Source: Candidatus Methylomirabilia bacterium
GTDB taxonomy: Bacteria > Methylomirabilota > Methylomirabilia > Rokubacteriales > CSP1-6
DNA: 32,072 nt
Direction of reading: 5' to 3'
Assembly (NCBI GenBank): GCA_041492755.1
Contig: JBGPXN010000041.1
Location: 1 to 32,072 of the forward strand
Made by a program: the position numbers and the translations under genes. Numbering within the stretch: the first letter of the stretch is position 1; each line of letters opens with the position of its first letter. The notes beneath the pieces are model-generated. The model was not told the origin of the DNA and did not search any database. It saw nothing but the letters and a program-made list of their open reading frames with translations. This document shows, one piece after another, positions 17,473-25,309 of this stretch.

Positions 17473-18381
17473 CTAAACAAGCGGGTCGTAGTTGAAGTAC
17501 TGACCCGAAGTGTCCAGCGGCACGAGGTGATGCTGGAGCGTGCCCGGAAACATTTCGGCCAGTCGCTCCGGCGTCCAACCCTCGGCGTGGTGCACGCGCA
17601 TGGTTGGACGCATGTGCCCGAAGAGCATGATCTCCTTGCCACGAACGCCGAACACCTGGCCGCTGACCTCCTTGGCATCGTCGGAGGCGAGGAAGGCCGC
17701 GAGGGGCGCGATGTGCGCGGGCGACAGCTTCTTGAGCTTCTCGACCCGGGCTTTCTGCGCGGGCGTTTCCGTCGGGATGGTGCCGATCATCCGCGTCCAG
17801 GCGAACGGCGAAATGCAGTTGGCGGTGACGTTGTAACGCGCCATGTCGAGCGCGGTGACCTTGGTGAGGCCGACGATCCCGAGCTTGGCCGCCGCGTAGT
17901 TGGCCTGCCCCACGTTGCCGACGAGTCCCGACGTGGACGTCATGTTGATGAAGCGCCCGGAGCGCTGCTCACGCATGATCGGTGCCGCGGCGCGCGTCAC
18001 CGCGAAGGAGCCCTTGAGGTGCGTGTTGATGACGGCGTCCCACTCCTCTTCACTCATGTTGAAGATCATGCGGTCGCGCAGGATACCCGCGTTGTTCACC
18101 ACCACGTCGATCCGCCCGAACGCGTCCAGCGCCGTCTGCACGATCCTCTGCCCGCCCGCCATGGAGGCGACGGAGTCATAGTTGGCCACCGCCTGCCCCT
18201 TCGCGTCCTTGATCTCCTTCACCACTTCGTCCGCCGGGGAGGATGACGTTCCCTGCCCAACCTCGCTGCCCCCGTAGTCGTTGACCACGACCTTGGCGCC
18301 ATACCGCGCCATCAACATCGCAATCGCCCGCCCAATCCCCCGCCCCGCCCCCGTCACCACCGCCACCTTCCCGCCAAGCAT
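17473..18381 (-). CDS. SDR family oxidoreductase (MFE-2 / 3-hydroxyacyl-CoA dehydrogenase-like)
   Basis: TGAGRGIG, VVVND, NNAGILRD and NYAAAK motifs; AAGGAG RBS before ATG 18381. Confidence 0.92.
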   Translation of the reverse strand: MLGGKVAVVTGAGRGIGRAIAMLMARYGAKVVVNDYGGSEVGQGTSSSPADEVVKEIKDAKGQAVANYDSVASMAGGQRIVQTALDAFGRIDVVVNNAGILRDRMIFNMSEEEWDAVINTHLKGSFAVTRAAAPIMREQRSGRFINMTSTSGLVGNVGQANYAAAKLGIVGLTKVTALDMARYNVTANCISPFAWTRMIGTIPTETPAQKARVEKLKKLSPAHIAPLAAFLASDDAKEVSGQVFGVRGKEIMLFGHMRPTMRVHHAEGWTPERLAEMFPGTLQHHLVPLDTSGQYFNYDPLV

Positions 18382-18455
18382 GTCTGTCTCCTTGCCTACT
18401 TCCTTTGGAAAAGCGCCGAGAACGATAACACACCGCGCCGCAATGCGAGGCGCCC

Positions 18456-18527
18456 GCCAAGCGAAGCGACGGTCGTCCCCGCTGGTTGTTCCCCAGCCAA
18501 GCGAAGCGACGGCTGTCCTCGCTTCGC
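18456..18527. repeat. 17-bp direct repeat with hairpin
   Basis: GCCAAGCGAAGCGACGG at 18456 and 18496; GCGAAGCGA...TCGCTTCGC stem at 18501-18527. Confidence 0.6.
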
Positions 18528-18532
18528 CAGAC

Positions 18533-18649
18533 GGCCGCTCAAAACGGTGCAGATGCGAGGCGACGAGGAGCGACGACTGAGACGTGGCCCGGCCACGTCG
18601 CAGGGAGGAGCGACGAGTCAACGAAGCAGATGCGCCGTTTTCAGCGGCC
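18533..18649. mobile_element. MITE-like non-autonomous element (117 bp)
   Basis: 19-bp terminal inverted repeats (17/19 match) GGCCGCTCAAAACGGTGCA / TGCGCCGTTTTCAGCGGCC; central palindrome GACGTGGCC-C-GGCCACGTC; internal direct repeats GAGGAGCGACGA and GCAGATGCG. Confidence 0.6.
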
Positions 18650-18657
18650 TTCCTCCG

Positions 18658-19458
18658 CTACCGCCGACGCGAATCAAGGGCCGCCACATACGCCGCCCCC
18701 AGCACAAACACGATCGCCGAGTAATACACAAACATGACAAACGCCACCAGCACTCCGAGCGGCCCATAGATCTGGTCATACAGCCCGAAGCGCTTGATAT
18801 AGAGCGCGAACAACTGCTTCGCGACCTCCCACAGGACGCTCGCCATCACCGCGCCCCCCAGCGCCGCCATCACGCGCGGCCGCCGCCGCGGCACGTAGCG
18901 ATAGCCCAGGTAGAACATCGTGCCCGAGATGAGCAGGCTCAGCCCGATGCTCGTGCGCTGTGTCCACTTCGGCGCGATCGTGCCGGGGACGAAGAGCAGC
19001 GCTTCGAACCACTGCACGACGGCGGTGAACACGGTGGCCGCGAAGAGCAGCACGCTGAGCAGCAGGACCATGCCGGCGTCGATGGCCATGTTGCGGACGA
19101 AGTTCCCGCCCGCCTTGACCCCCAGCAGCCGGTGCATGACGAGCCGGGAGGCGCTGAAGAGCGGCGTGGAAAAGACGATGAGCGTCAACGTGCCGAGCAC
19201 CCCGGACACGGTGCGGGTCTCCACGATGCGCAGCATCACGCGCGTGATCTCGCGGCGGTAGACGGGGAAGTTGACGGCGATCTGCGCGACGATGTCCTGG
19301 GCCACTTGCTTGCTCGAGAACACGAAGCCCACCGTCGAGACGGCGAGGACGAGCAGCGGGATGAGGCAGACGAGAAAGAAGAACGCGAGCCCGGCGGAAA
19401 GGAACAACCCGTCGACGGCGAGGAAGCGGGTGAGCGCGCCGCGGAGGCCGCCGAGCAC
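18658..19458 (-). CDS. YihY/virulence factor BrkB family membrane protein
   Basis: SAGLAFFFLVCLIPL, YRYVP, LWEVAKQLFALY, YDQIYGPLG and FVLGA motifs; start taken at GTG 19458. Confidence 0.88.
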   Translation of the reverse strand: MLGGLRGALTRFLAVDGLFLSAGLAFFFLVCLIPLLVLAVSTVGFVFSSKQVAQDIVAQIAVNFPVYRREITRVMLRIVETRTVSGVLGTLTLIVFSTPLFSASRLVMHRLLGVKAGGNFVRNMAIDAGMVLLLSVLLFAATVFTAVVQWFEALLFVPGTIAPKWTQRTSIGLSLLISGTMFYLGYRYVPRRRPRVMAALGGAVMASVLWEVAKQLFALYIKRFGLYDQIYGPLGVLVAFVMFVYYSAIVFVLGAAYVAALDSRRR

Positions 19459-19463
19459 CGGTC

Positions 19464-20243
19464 CTACGCCAGGCCGCGCACCAGCCCCCCGTCGACCTGG
19501 AGGCTCACCGCGTTCACGTAGGACGCCCGCTCCGAGGCCAGGAACACGACGACGTTGGCGAACTCCTCCGGCGTGCCGATGCGCTTGAGCGGGATGTCGG
19601 TCGCCGCGTGCTTCAGATACTCCTCTTTGGCCATTCCCGAGCGCGCCACCCCACCGAGAAGCCGGTCGGTGAGGATTTTTCCGGGAAGCACCGAGTTGAA
19701 CAGGATGTTGTGGTGGCTCAGCTCCTGGGCCAGCGTTTTCATGAGCCCGGCGACGCCGGGTCGTACCGCGTTCGAGAGCATCAACCCGTCGACGGGCTGC
19801 TTGATGGAGACGGACTGGATGGTGAGCACCCGCCCGCCGCCTCGCTGCTTCATGGACGGCAGCACCTCGCGGATCAGCCGGACGACCGAGAGCAGCGAGA
19901 TCTCGAAGGCGCCGAACCACTGCTCGTCGGTGAGCTGCTCGAAGTTACCGCGGGGCGGCCCGCCCGCGTTGGCGACGAGGATGTCGACGCCGCCGAACCG
20001 CTCGCACGTGCGCTGCACGAACGCGGTGACCTGCTCCGCGCGCGTCACGTCGGTGGCGAGGGCGAGCACCTCGGAGCCGGTCTTGGCGCGGATCTCCTCG
20101 GCGGCGAGCTGGATGTCCTTCTCCGTGCGCGCGCAGATGGCCAGGCGCGCGCCTTCGGCGGCGAGTCCCATCGCGCACGCCTTGCCCATCCCCTTGCTCG
20201 CGGCCGTGACGATCGCCACCTTGTCCCGGAGTCCCAGGTCCAT
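19464..20243 (-). CDS. SDR family oxidoreductase (FabG-like)
   Basis: MDLGLRDKVAIVTAASKGMG, NAGGPP, LSNAVR and VDGG motifs; GAGGAG RBS. Confidence 0.92.
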   Translation of the reverse strand: MDLGLRDKVAIVTAASKGMGKACAMGLAAEGARLAICARTEKDIQLAAEEIRAKTGSEVLALATDVTRAEQVTAFVQRTCERFGGVDILVANAGGPPRGNFEQLTDEQWFGAFEISLLSVVRLIREVLPSMKQRGGGRVLTIQSVSIKQPVDGLMLSNAVRPGVAGLMKTLAQELSHHNILFNSVLPGKILTDRLLGGVARSGMAKEEYLKHAATDIPLKRIGTPEEFANVVVFLASERASYVNAVSLQVDGGLVRGLA

Positions 20244-20260
20244 GATTCGCTCGGCTCCTC

Positions 20261-21112
20261 TCAGCGCTGGCTTCGGATGGCGAGATGATAGCCGAAGAAC
20301 TCGAGCACCCGCCGCCGGGAGTCCGCGAAGGCTTCCGGGTCGTAGCTGACCGTCGCGCCGCAGCACCCCCCCGGCTTGTTGCGGTTCGCGACGTTGGCCA
20401 GCACCGTGCGCGGCTGGTCGGGGTCGTCGAAGTAGTGATACGCCCCGGGATAGAGCACGATCGTCGCGTCGGCGCCGTGGCGGCGCATCGCCTCGACCAT
20501 CTCCACGCAGGGGGCCGGAATCGTCCAGTCGTCGGCATCCCCCAGCAGCACCAGCAGTGGATGCACCGCCTGCTCCTTGATCAACGAGAAGCAGCCGCCG
20601 GGGTAGAAGGCAATGGCGGCGCGCACGCCGGGGGGCGGCATCACCACGCCCCGCGCGCGGGCCCGCTCGAGGCTCGGCCCGTTGACGCTCGCCATCGCGA
20701 ACACGCCCCCGTTGGACCAGCCCATGGTGCCGATGCGATGGCCATCGACGTAAGGGCGTCCGTGCAGCCAGCGCAGCGCGCCCACCATGTCGTCGAAGCG
20801 CTCCGTGTTCGGCACGTCGACCGCGGAGGCATCGCAGTTGTCGCCGAGGCCGCGCGAACTCCAGCTATCGACGATGAGCGCCACGTAGCCGTGGTCGCGC
20901 AGGAAGCGTCCCCACGCGTGCACGGCCTTGCTGACGCCGCCGCACCCGTGCATCGCGATCACCGCCGGGAAGGGCCCGTCACCCGTGGGCGCATACTCGG
21001 TCGCGACGACCCGCAGCGGCCGGCCCGGCGTCGCGTTGTCGAACTGAACCCCGACCGTCGCGCAACCGGCGAGCACGAGCGCCACCGCCATCACCGCGAG
21101 CGTCGTTTTCAT
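20261..21112 (-). CDS. Dienelactone hydrolase family (alpha/beta hydrolase) lipoprotein
   Basis: Lipobox LAGC; HGCGG, GWSNGG nucleophile, GDADDW and YPGAYHYFD motifs. Confidence 0.85.
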   Translation of the reverse strand: MKTTLAVMAVALVLAGCATVGVQFDNATPGRPLRVVATEYAPTGDGPFPAVIAMHGCGGVSKAVHAWGRFLRDHGYVALIVDSWSSRGLGDNCDASAVDVPNTERFDDMVGALRWLHGRPYVDGHRIGTMGWSNGGVFAMASVNGPSLERARARGVVMPPPGVRAAIAFYPGGCFSLIKEQAVHPLLVLLGDADDWTIPAPCVEMVEAMRRHGADATIVLYPGAYHYFDDPDQPRTVLANVANRNKPGGCCGATVSYDPEAFADSRRRVLEFFGYHLAIRSQR

Positions 21113-21154
21113 GGCCTTTGAGCATACCTCCGAGCGCGGGTAGAATCGGACACG

Positions 21155-21297
21155 ATGACATCGCCGACTACGAGGCCGCCGTCAACGAGCACGGCGTCCA
21201 GTCGATCCCGACGGTGATCTTCCTGGCCACCGGGCGCGCCCGGGTGCGGCTCGCCGATCTCGAACAGTACCGGAGGGCCGCGTCCGAGGCGACGTGA
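21155..21297 (+). pseudogene. Thioredoxin-fold remnant (C-terminal half) coupled to the polB start
   Basis: Frame from 21157 reads DIADYEAAVNEHGVQSIPTVIFLATGRARVRL...EAT-stop, with the thioredoxin cis-Pro motif GVQSIPT. The ATG at 21155 is out of frame and no CxxC is present. The TGA overlaps the polB GTG. Confidence 0.5.
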
Positions 21298-23579
21298 GCG
21301 TGCTCACGCTCGAGCACGCTCCCCTGCTGTTCGGGGCCGATCCGGGGCCGGGCCTTCTCGCGTACGACCTCGCCGGCGACGGCCGCGCCATCCGCGTCTA
21401 CCACCGTGACGGCGCCGTCACCCGTGTCGAGACGCTGCCCTTCGAGCCGTTCATCCTCGTCGCGACTCCGGGCGTCCTCGACGGCGGTGCCGGGCTGACG
21501 GCCGTGACCACGCTGGCCGGGGCCGGCGCGCTCCGGACGCTCGCCCGCTTCGCCTCGTGGTTCGACGCGCTGGCCGCCCGCGACCGATGCCGGCAAGCCA
21601 CGGCCGGCACTCCCGCCGCCGCGGCGCCGTTCCTCTTCGTCGCCGATGCCGTTCAGCAATACCTGCTGTTGACCGGCCGTACCTCGTTCGGCGGACTGAC
21701 GTTCGGCGACCTCCGGCGACTGGCCCTGGACATCGAGGTCATCACGACCGAGGGCTACGAGTTTCCGAACGCGGCGCGGCCCGACGACCGCGTGGTCGCC
21801 ATCGCGCTGGCGGACTCCACCGGCTGGCGACACGTCCTCCGGGGCGACGAGCTGGACGAGCGCGAGCTGCTGGAAGAGTGCTCTCGGCTCGTCCGCGAGC
21901 GAGACCCGGACGTCATCGAGGGCCACAACATCTTCCGCTTCGACCTCGAGTACCTCGAGGCGCGGTCGCGCCGGCACGGCGTGCCGCTCCGGTGGGGCCG
22001 TGACGGCGGGCTCTTGCGCGGGCGGGGGTCGCGGCTTCAGATCGCGGAGCGCAGCATCGGCTACCGCCGCTACGACGTTCCCGGACGGCACGTGATCGAC
22101 ACCTGGATCGTCGCGCAACTCTACGACGTCGGCGCGCGCGACTTTCCGTCGTTCGGCCTCAAGGACATCGCCCGGCATCTCGGCGTGGCCGCCGACGACC
22201 GGACGTACGTCGACCCATCGACCATCAGCCACGAGTTCCGGGAGCATCCCGACCGGCTGATGGCCTATGCCGCCGACGATGCGCTGGAGACGCTCGGCGT
22301 CTCGGCGATCGTCTCCCCGCCGTACTTCGCGCAGGCGCAGATCGTGCCGATGGACTACCAGTCCACCACGCTCCGCGGCGCCGCCGCGAAGATCGACGCG
22401 ATGCTCCTCCGCGAGTATCTTCGCCGGGGCCAGGCGGTGCCGGTGCCGGCGGCCCCGGCCGGTGCGACCGTCGGCGGCGGCTACGTGAGCGTGTTCCAGC
22501 AGGGCGTGGCGCGGCCGGTCCTGCACGTCGACGTGACGTCGCTCTATCCCTCGCTCATGCTCACGCGGCGGATCGCGCCGCGCTCCGACGAGCTCGGGGT
22601 GTTCGGCGAGATGCTGGCGGCCCTCACGGACTTCCGCATCAAGGCCAAGCGCCTGGCCCGGGACGCCGCCGACCCGATCACCCGCGCGCACCTCACGGCG
22701 CTCCAGCAATCGTTCAAGATCCTGATCAACTCCTTCTATGGATATTTGGCCTTCGGGAGCGGCCACTGGAACGACTTCGCGGCCGCGGACCGCGTGACGC
22801 GCGAGGGCCGTGTGGTGATCGTGGCCATCATCGATCGCCTCCGCGCGCTGGAGGCGACGCCGCTCGAGGCCGACACCGACGGCGTCTATTTCGTGCCACC
22901 GCCTGGAGCCGGCGCCGAGGGCGGGAGCCGCGGCCACGAGACGCTGCTCGCCGACGTCGCGCGCGGCTTGCCGGACGGGATCCAGCTCGAGCTCGATGGC
23001 GACTATGCCGCGATGTTCAGTTACAAGGCGAAGACGTACGCGCTGCTGGACGACCGCGGCCGCGTCCGGCTCAAGGGGTCCGCGTTCCGCTCGCGCGGGC
23101 TCGAGCCCTTCCAGCGCGAGCTCATCGAAGAAGTGGTGACGCTGCTCCTCACCGGCCGGGGCCCCGACGTCAAGGCGGTCGTCGACCGCTGGCTGGGCGA
23201 CATCGCCGCGCGCCGCGTCCCGCTCCGGCGGCTCGCGCGCACCGAGACGCTTCAGGACACGCCGGAGGCGTACCGCGCGCGCATCGCGGCCGGTGAGCGC
23301 CACGCCTCCGCCGCCTACGAGCTGGCGCTCGCCTCGGAGCGGCCGTGGCAGCCAGGGGATCAGATCTCGTACTACGTCGCGGGGCGGGGGGCCGACGCCG
23401 TCGTCGCGGAGCGCGCGAAGCTGCTCGCGCTATGGGACGCGAATCGGCCGGACGAGAACGTGGAGTACTACCAGGCCAAGGTGTGGGAGATCTGGCAACG
23501 CTTTCGCCCGTTCGCCGAGCACGACGGACTGCGCGTGCCGGCAGACGACACCGTCTCGGCTCAGCTGAGTCTTTTCTGA
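21294..23579 (+). CDS. polB: Family B DNA polymerase with 3'-5' exonuclease
   Basis: ExoI LDIE, ExoII GHNIFRFD, ExoIII YAADD; polymerase motifs DVTSLYPS, KILINSFYGY and EADTDG; C-terminal QLSLF. Confidence 0.93.
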   Translation: MSVLTLEHAPLLFGADPGPGLLAYDLAGDGRAIRVYHRDGAVTRVETLPFEPFILVATPGVLDGGAGLTAVTTLAGAGALRTLARFASWFDALAARDRCRQATAGTPAAAAPFLFVADAVQQYLLLTGRTSFGGLTFGDLRRLALDIEVITTEGYEFPNAARPDDRVVAIALADSTGWRHVLRGDELDERELLEECSRLVRERDPDVIEGHNIFRFDLEYLEARSRRHGVPLRWGRDGGLLRGRGSRLQIAERSIGYRRYDVPGRHVIDTWIVAQLYDVGARDFPSFGLKDIARHLGVAADDRTYVDPSTISHEFREHPDRLMAYAADDALETLGVSAIVSPPYFAQAQIVPMDYQSTTLRGAAAKIDAMLLREYLRRGQAVPVPAAPAGATVGGGYVSVFQQGVARPVLHVDVTSLYPSLMLTRRIAPRSDELGVFGEMLAALTDFRIKAKRLARDAADPITRAHLTALQQSFKILINSFYGYLAFGSGHWNDFAAADRVTREGRVVIVAIIDRLRALEATPLEADTDGVYFVPPPGAGAEGGSRGHETLLADVARGLPDGIQLELDGDYAAMFSYKAKTYALLDDRGRVRLKGSAFRSRGLEPFQRELIEEVVTLLLTGRGPDVKAVVDRWLGDIAARRVPLRRLARTETLQDTPEAYRARIAAGERHASAAYELALASERPWQPGDQISYYVAGRGADAVVAERAKLLALWDANRPDENVEYYQAKVWEIWQRFRPFAEHDGLRVPADDTVSAQLSLF

Positions 23580-23615
23580 CGGAGAAAAAACCGAGCCGCT
23601 TTTGTTTCTAGGGGA

Positions 23616-23645
23616 GAAAACGACCGGGGACCCGAGCCCCCGGTC
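23616..23645 (-). terminator. Intrinsic terminator of the RRM gene
   Basis: GACCGGGG...CCCCGGTC stem followed on the minus strand by GTTTTC. Confidence 0.55.
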
Positions 23646-23660
23646 CAGGCCGCGGCTAGC

Positions 23661-24014
23661 TTATCGGCGCCAGCCGCCGCCGCCGCCGCCGCCGCCGCCC
23701 CCGCCCCCACCACCCGGGCGCGGGCCGCGGCCACTTCCGCCCCGATCGCCACCCGAGCTCCGCTGGGGCTGCGGGCGCGCCTCGTCGACCACGAGGTTGC
23801 GATCGCGGAAGAGCCGGCCGTTCAGCATCTCGACGGCCTTGCCTGCCTCTTCCTTCGTCGCCATCTCGACGAAGCCGAACCCACGCGGTCGGCCGGTGAA
23901 CTGGTCCGTGATGATACGGACCGTCTCGACGGTGCCGGCTTGGGCGAAGAGCTCGCGGAGGTCTTCTTCCGTGGCCTGGAATGAGAGGTTACCGACGAAG
24001 AGCTTTGCGGGCAT
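23661..24014 (-). CDS. RRM domain RNA-binding protein with Gly-rich tail
   Basis: RNP2 LFVGNL, RNP1 RGFGFVEM and poly-Gly C-terminus; AGGAGG RBS. Confidence 0.95.
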   Translation of the reverse strand: MPAKLFVGNLSFQATEEDLRELFAQAGTVETVRIITDQFTGRPRGFGFVEMATKEEAGKAVEMLNGRLFRDRNLVVDEARPQPQRSSGGDRGGSGRGPRPGGGGGGGGGGGGGGWRR

Positions 24015-24077
24015 CGCGCGAAACCTCCTGCCCTCAGTGCAAGCGGGCGAACTGGGAACCCCTGTACGACCGCCCTA

Positions 24078-24107
24078 AGATTAGTGACAGGAAGTAACGC
24101 CTGTCAA
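24078..24107 (-). promoter_or_regulatory. Sigma70 promoter of the RRM gene with overlapping operator-like inverted repeat
   Basis: Minus strand TTGACA (24107-24102), 18-nt spacer, TAATCT (24083-24078); TGACAGG-N8-CCTGTCA at 24085-24106. Confidence 0.65.
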
Positions 24108-24202
24108 GGTGGGTTCCCCCGACGCCCGGGACCCCGCCAGCCGCTACGGATACACGTACACGCCGCGCCTCGCGCCGCCGTCCACCGTGCCGCAAATTCC
24201 CC

Positions 24203-24757
24203 TCAAGAGGGCGTTCGCTTTCGTGGGAATGTCGGCGCGCCGCCGGCGTGCACGGAGGTCCGTGCCTTTTCCGCGAACGCCTCCAGATCGAGATCGTCCA
24301 GCCGCCGCCCGCGCAGCCGCGCGCTGCCCTCCAGCAGCAGCGCGTGCGCGCCACGCACGTTGCCGTTCGCCCGGTGCTGATAGCCGACCGCGATCTGGAT
24401 CAGGCCCTGCAGCGCCTCCCGTTCTTCCCCGGCCGCGCGCGACCAGTGCGGCTCCAACACCTCGTGCACCTCGAAGGGAAGCCCGGCGTCGAACAACGAG
24501 GCGCTCACCGCGAGCGCACCGGCGAGCGACGTCACCGTCTCGCCGGTTGCGTCGAGCGCGCCCAGCGCGGCGCGGGCCCGCCGGCGCGCCAGCTCGGGCA
24601 CGGCGCGCACGTCCTCGCCGAGCCGGGCCGCCAGGGTATCGGCGTCGGCGCCGGCGAGCGCCCGCAATACCTGGCGCGCGTGGACGTCCTCGATGGCGGC
24701 CAGGATGGTCTCGGCGAGCCGGTTGCGCGGACGCAGCGGCAACGTCGGGATCATCAC
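24203..24757 (-). CDS. DUF309 domain-containing protein
   Basis: LFDAGLPFEVHEVLEPHW...LQGLIQIAVGYQH...GN..GA signature. Confidence 0.85.
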   Translation of the reverse strand: MMIPTLPLRPRNRLAETILAAIEDVHARQVLRALAGADADTLAARLGEDVRAVPELARRRARAALGALDATGETVTSLAGALAVSASLFDAGLPFEVHEVLEPHWSRAAGEEREALQGLIQIAVGYQHRANGNVRGAHALLLEGSARLRGRRLDDLDLEAFAEKARTSVHAGGAPTFPRKRTPS

Positions 24758-25290
24758 GCGTCGTCGGGCGGCCGCCGAGCGTCGGGCGCGGCCGCGGACG
24801 CGGTGGTGACCGCCGCCACCGGAGGAGTCGCACGCTCGACGACAGGCGCCGGCGCTCGACGCACGACGCGGCTACCCGCGACGAGATCGTGCAGCGCACG
24901 CTTGTCGTGTCGCAGGCCGGCGATCACGAAGCCCAGGGCCAGGGGGAGGAGCGAGAGGTAGTAGGCGAAGTAGCGCAGCAGCGCGGCGCCGAACGGTAAC
25001 GGGTCCCCGTCGTCGGTGACGACCCACACCCCGACCACCAGCTTGCCGATCGTCTGCCCCGGCCAGGCGTGCAGCACCGTGGTGTAGAGCAGCGTGAAGA
25101 CGAACGTGAACATCACGACGGTGAGCTGGAAGACCGAGGATTCGTCGAGCGCGGGGCCCCAGATCCGGGCCGCCATCCGCTCCTGCGAAGCGTAGACGAT
25201 GGAGAACAGGGCGAAGTCGATCAGAGCGCCGGCGGCGCGAATCCAGAATCCCGCCGGGCGCGTGGGCGGCCGTGCCACGGACGTCTTCAT
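24754..25290 (-). CDS. RDD family membrane protein
   Basis: AGFWIRAAGALID, GQTIGK, LLRY and KRALHDLVAGSRVV motifs; start at ATG 25290. Confidence 0.9.
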   Translation of the reverse strand: MKTSVARPPTRPAGFWIRAAGALIDFALFSIVYASQERMAARIWGPALDESSVFQLTVVMFTFVFTLLYTTVLHAWPGQTIGKLVVGVWVVTDDGDPLPFGAALLRYFAYYLSLLPLALGFVIAGLRHDKRALHDLVAGSRVVRRAPAPVVERATPPVAAVTTASAAAPDARRPPDDA

Positions 25291-25297
25291 CAGCGCG

Positions 25298-25304
25298 TAT
25301 AATA
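25298..25304. promoter_or_regulatory. Overlapping divergent -10 boxes for leaderless moeA and RDD transcripts
   Basis: 19-bp intergenic gap. TATAAT (+, 25298-25303) lies 6 nt before the moeA ATG; TATTAT (-, 25304-25299) lies 8 nt before the RDD ATG; no SD sequence. Confidence 0.65.
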
Positions 25305-25309
25305 CCGGC

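Noticed and set aside
18456..18616. Repeats with 40-bp period as a mini CRISPR array
   Set aside because: Only two copies of each of two different short repeats, and no cas genes; better explained as MITE/REP structure.
21294..23579. polB as a marker of a prophage, casposon or pipolin
   Set aside because: No integrase, cas1, terminal repeats or structural genes; composition matches the flanking housekeeping genes.
23672..23712. (GCC)n microsatellite as a phase-variation tract
   Set aside because: It encodes the normal poly-Gly tail of the RRM protein; triplet changes would not shift the frame.
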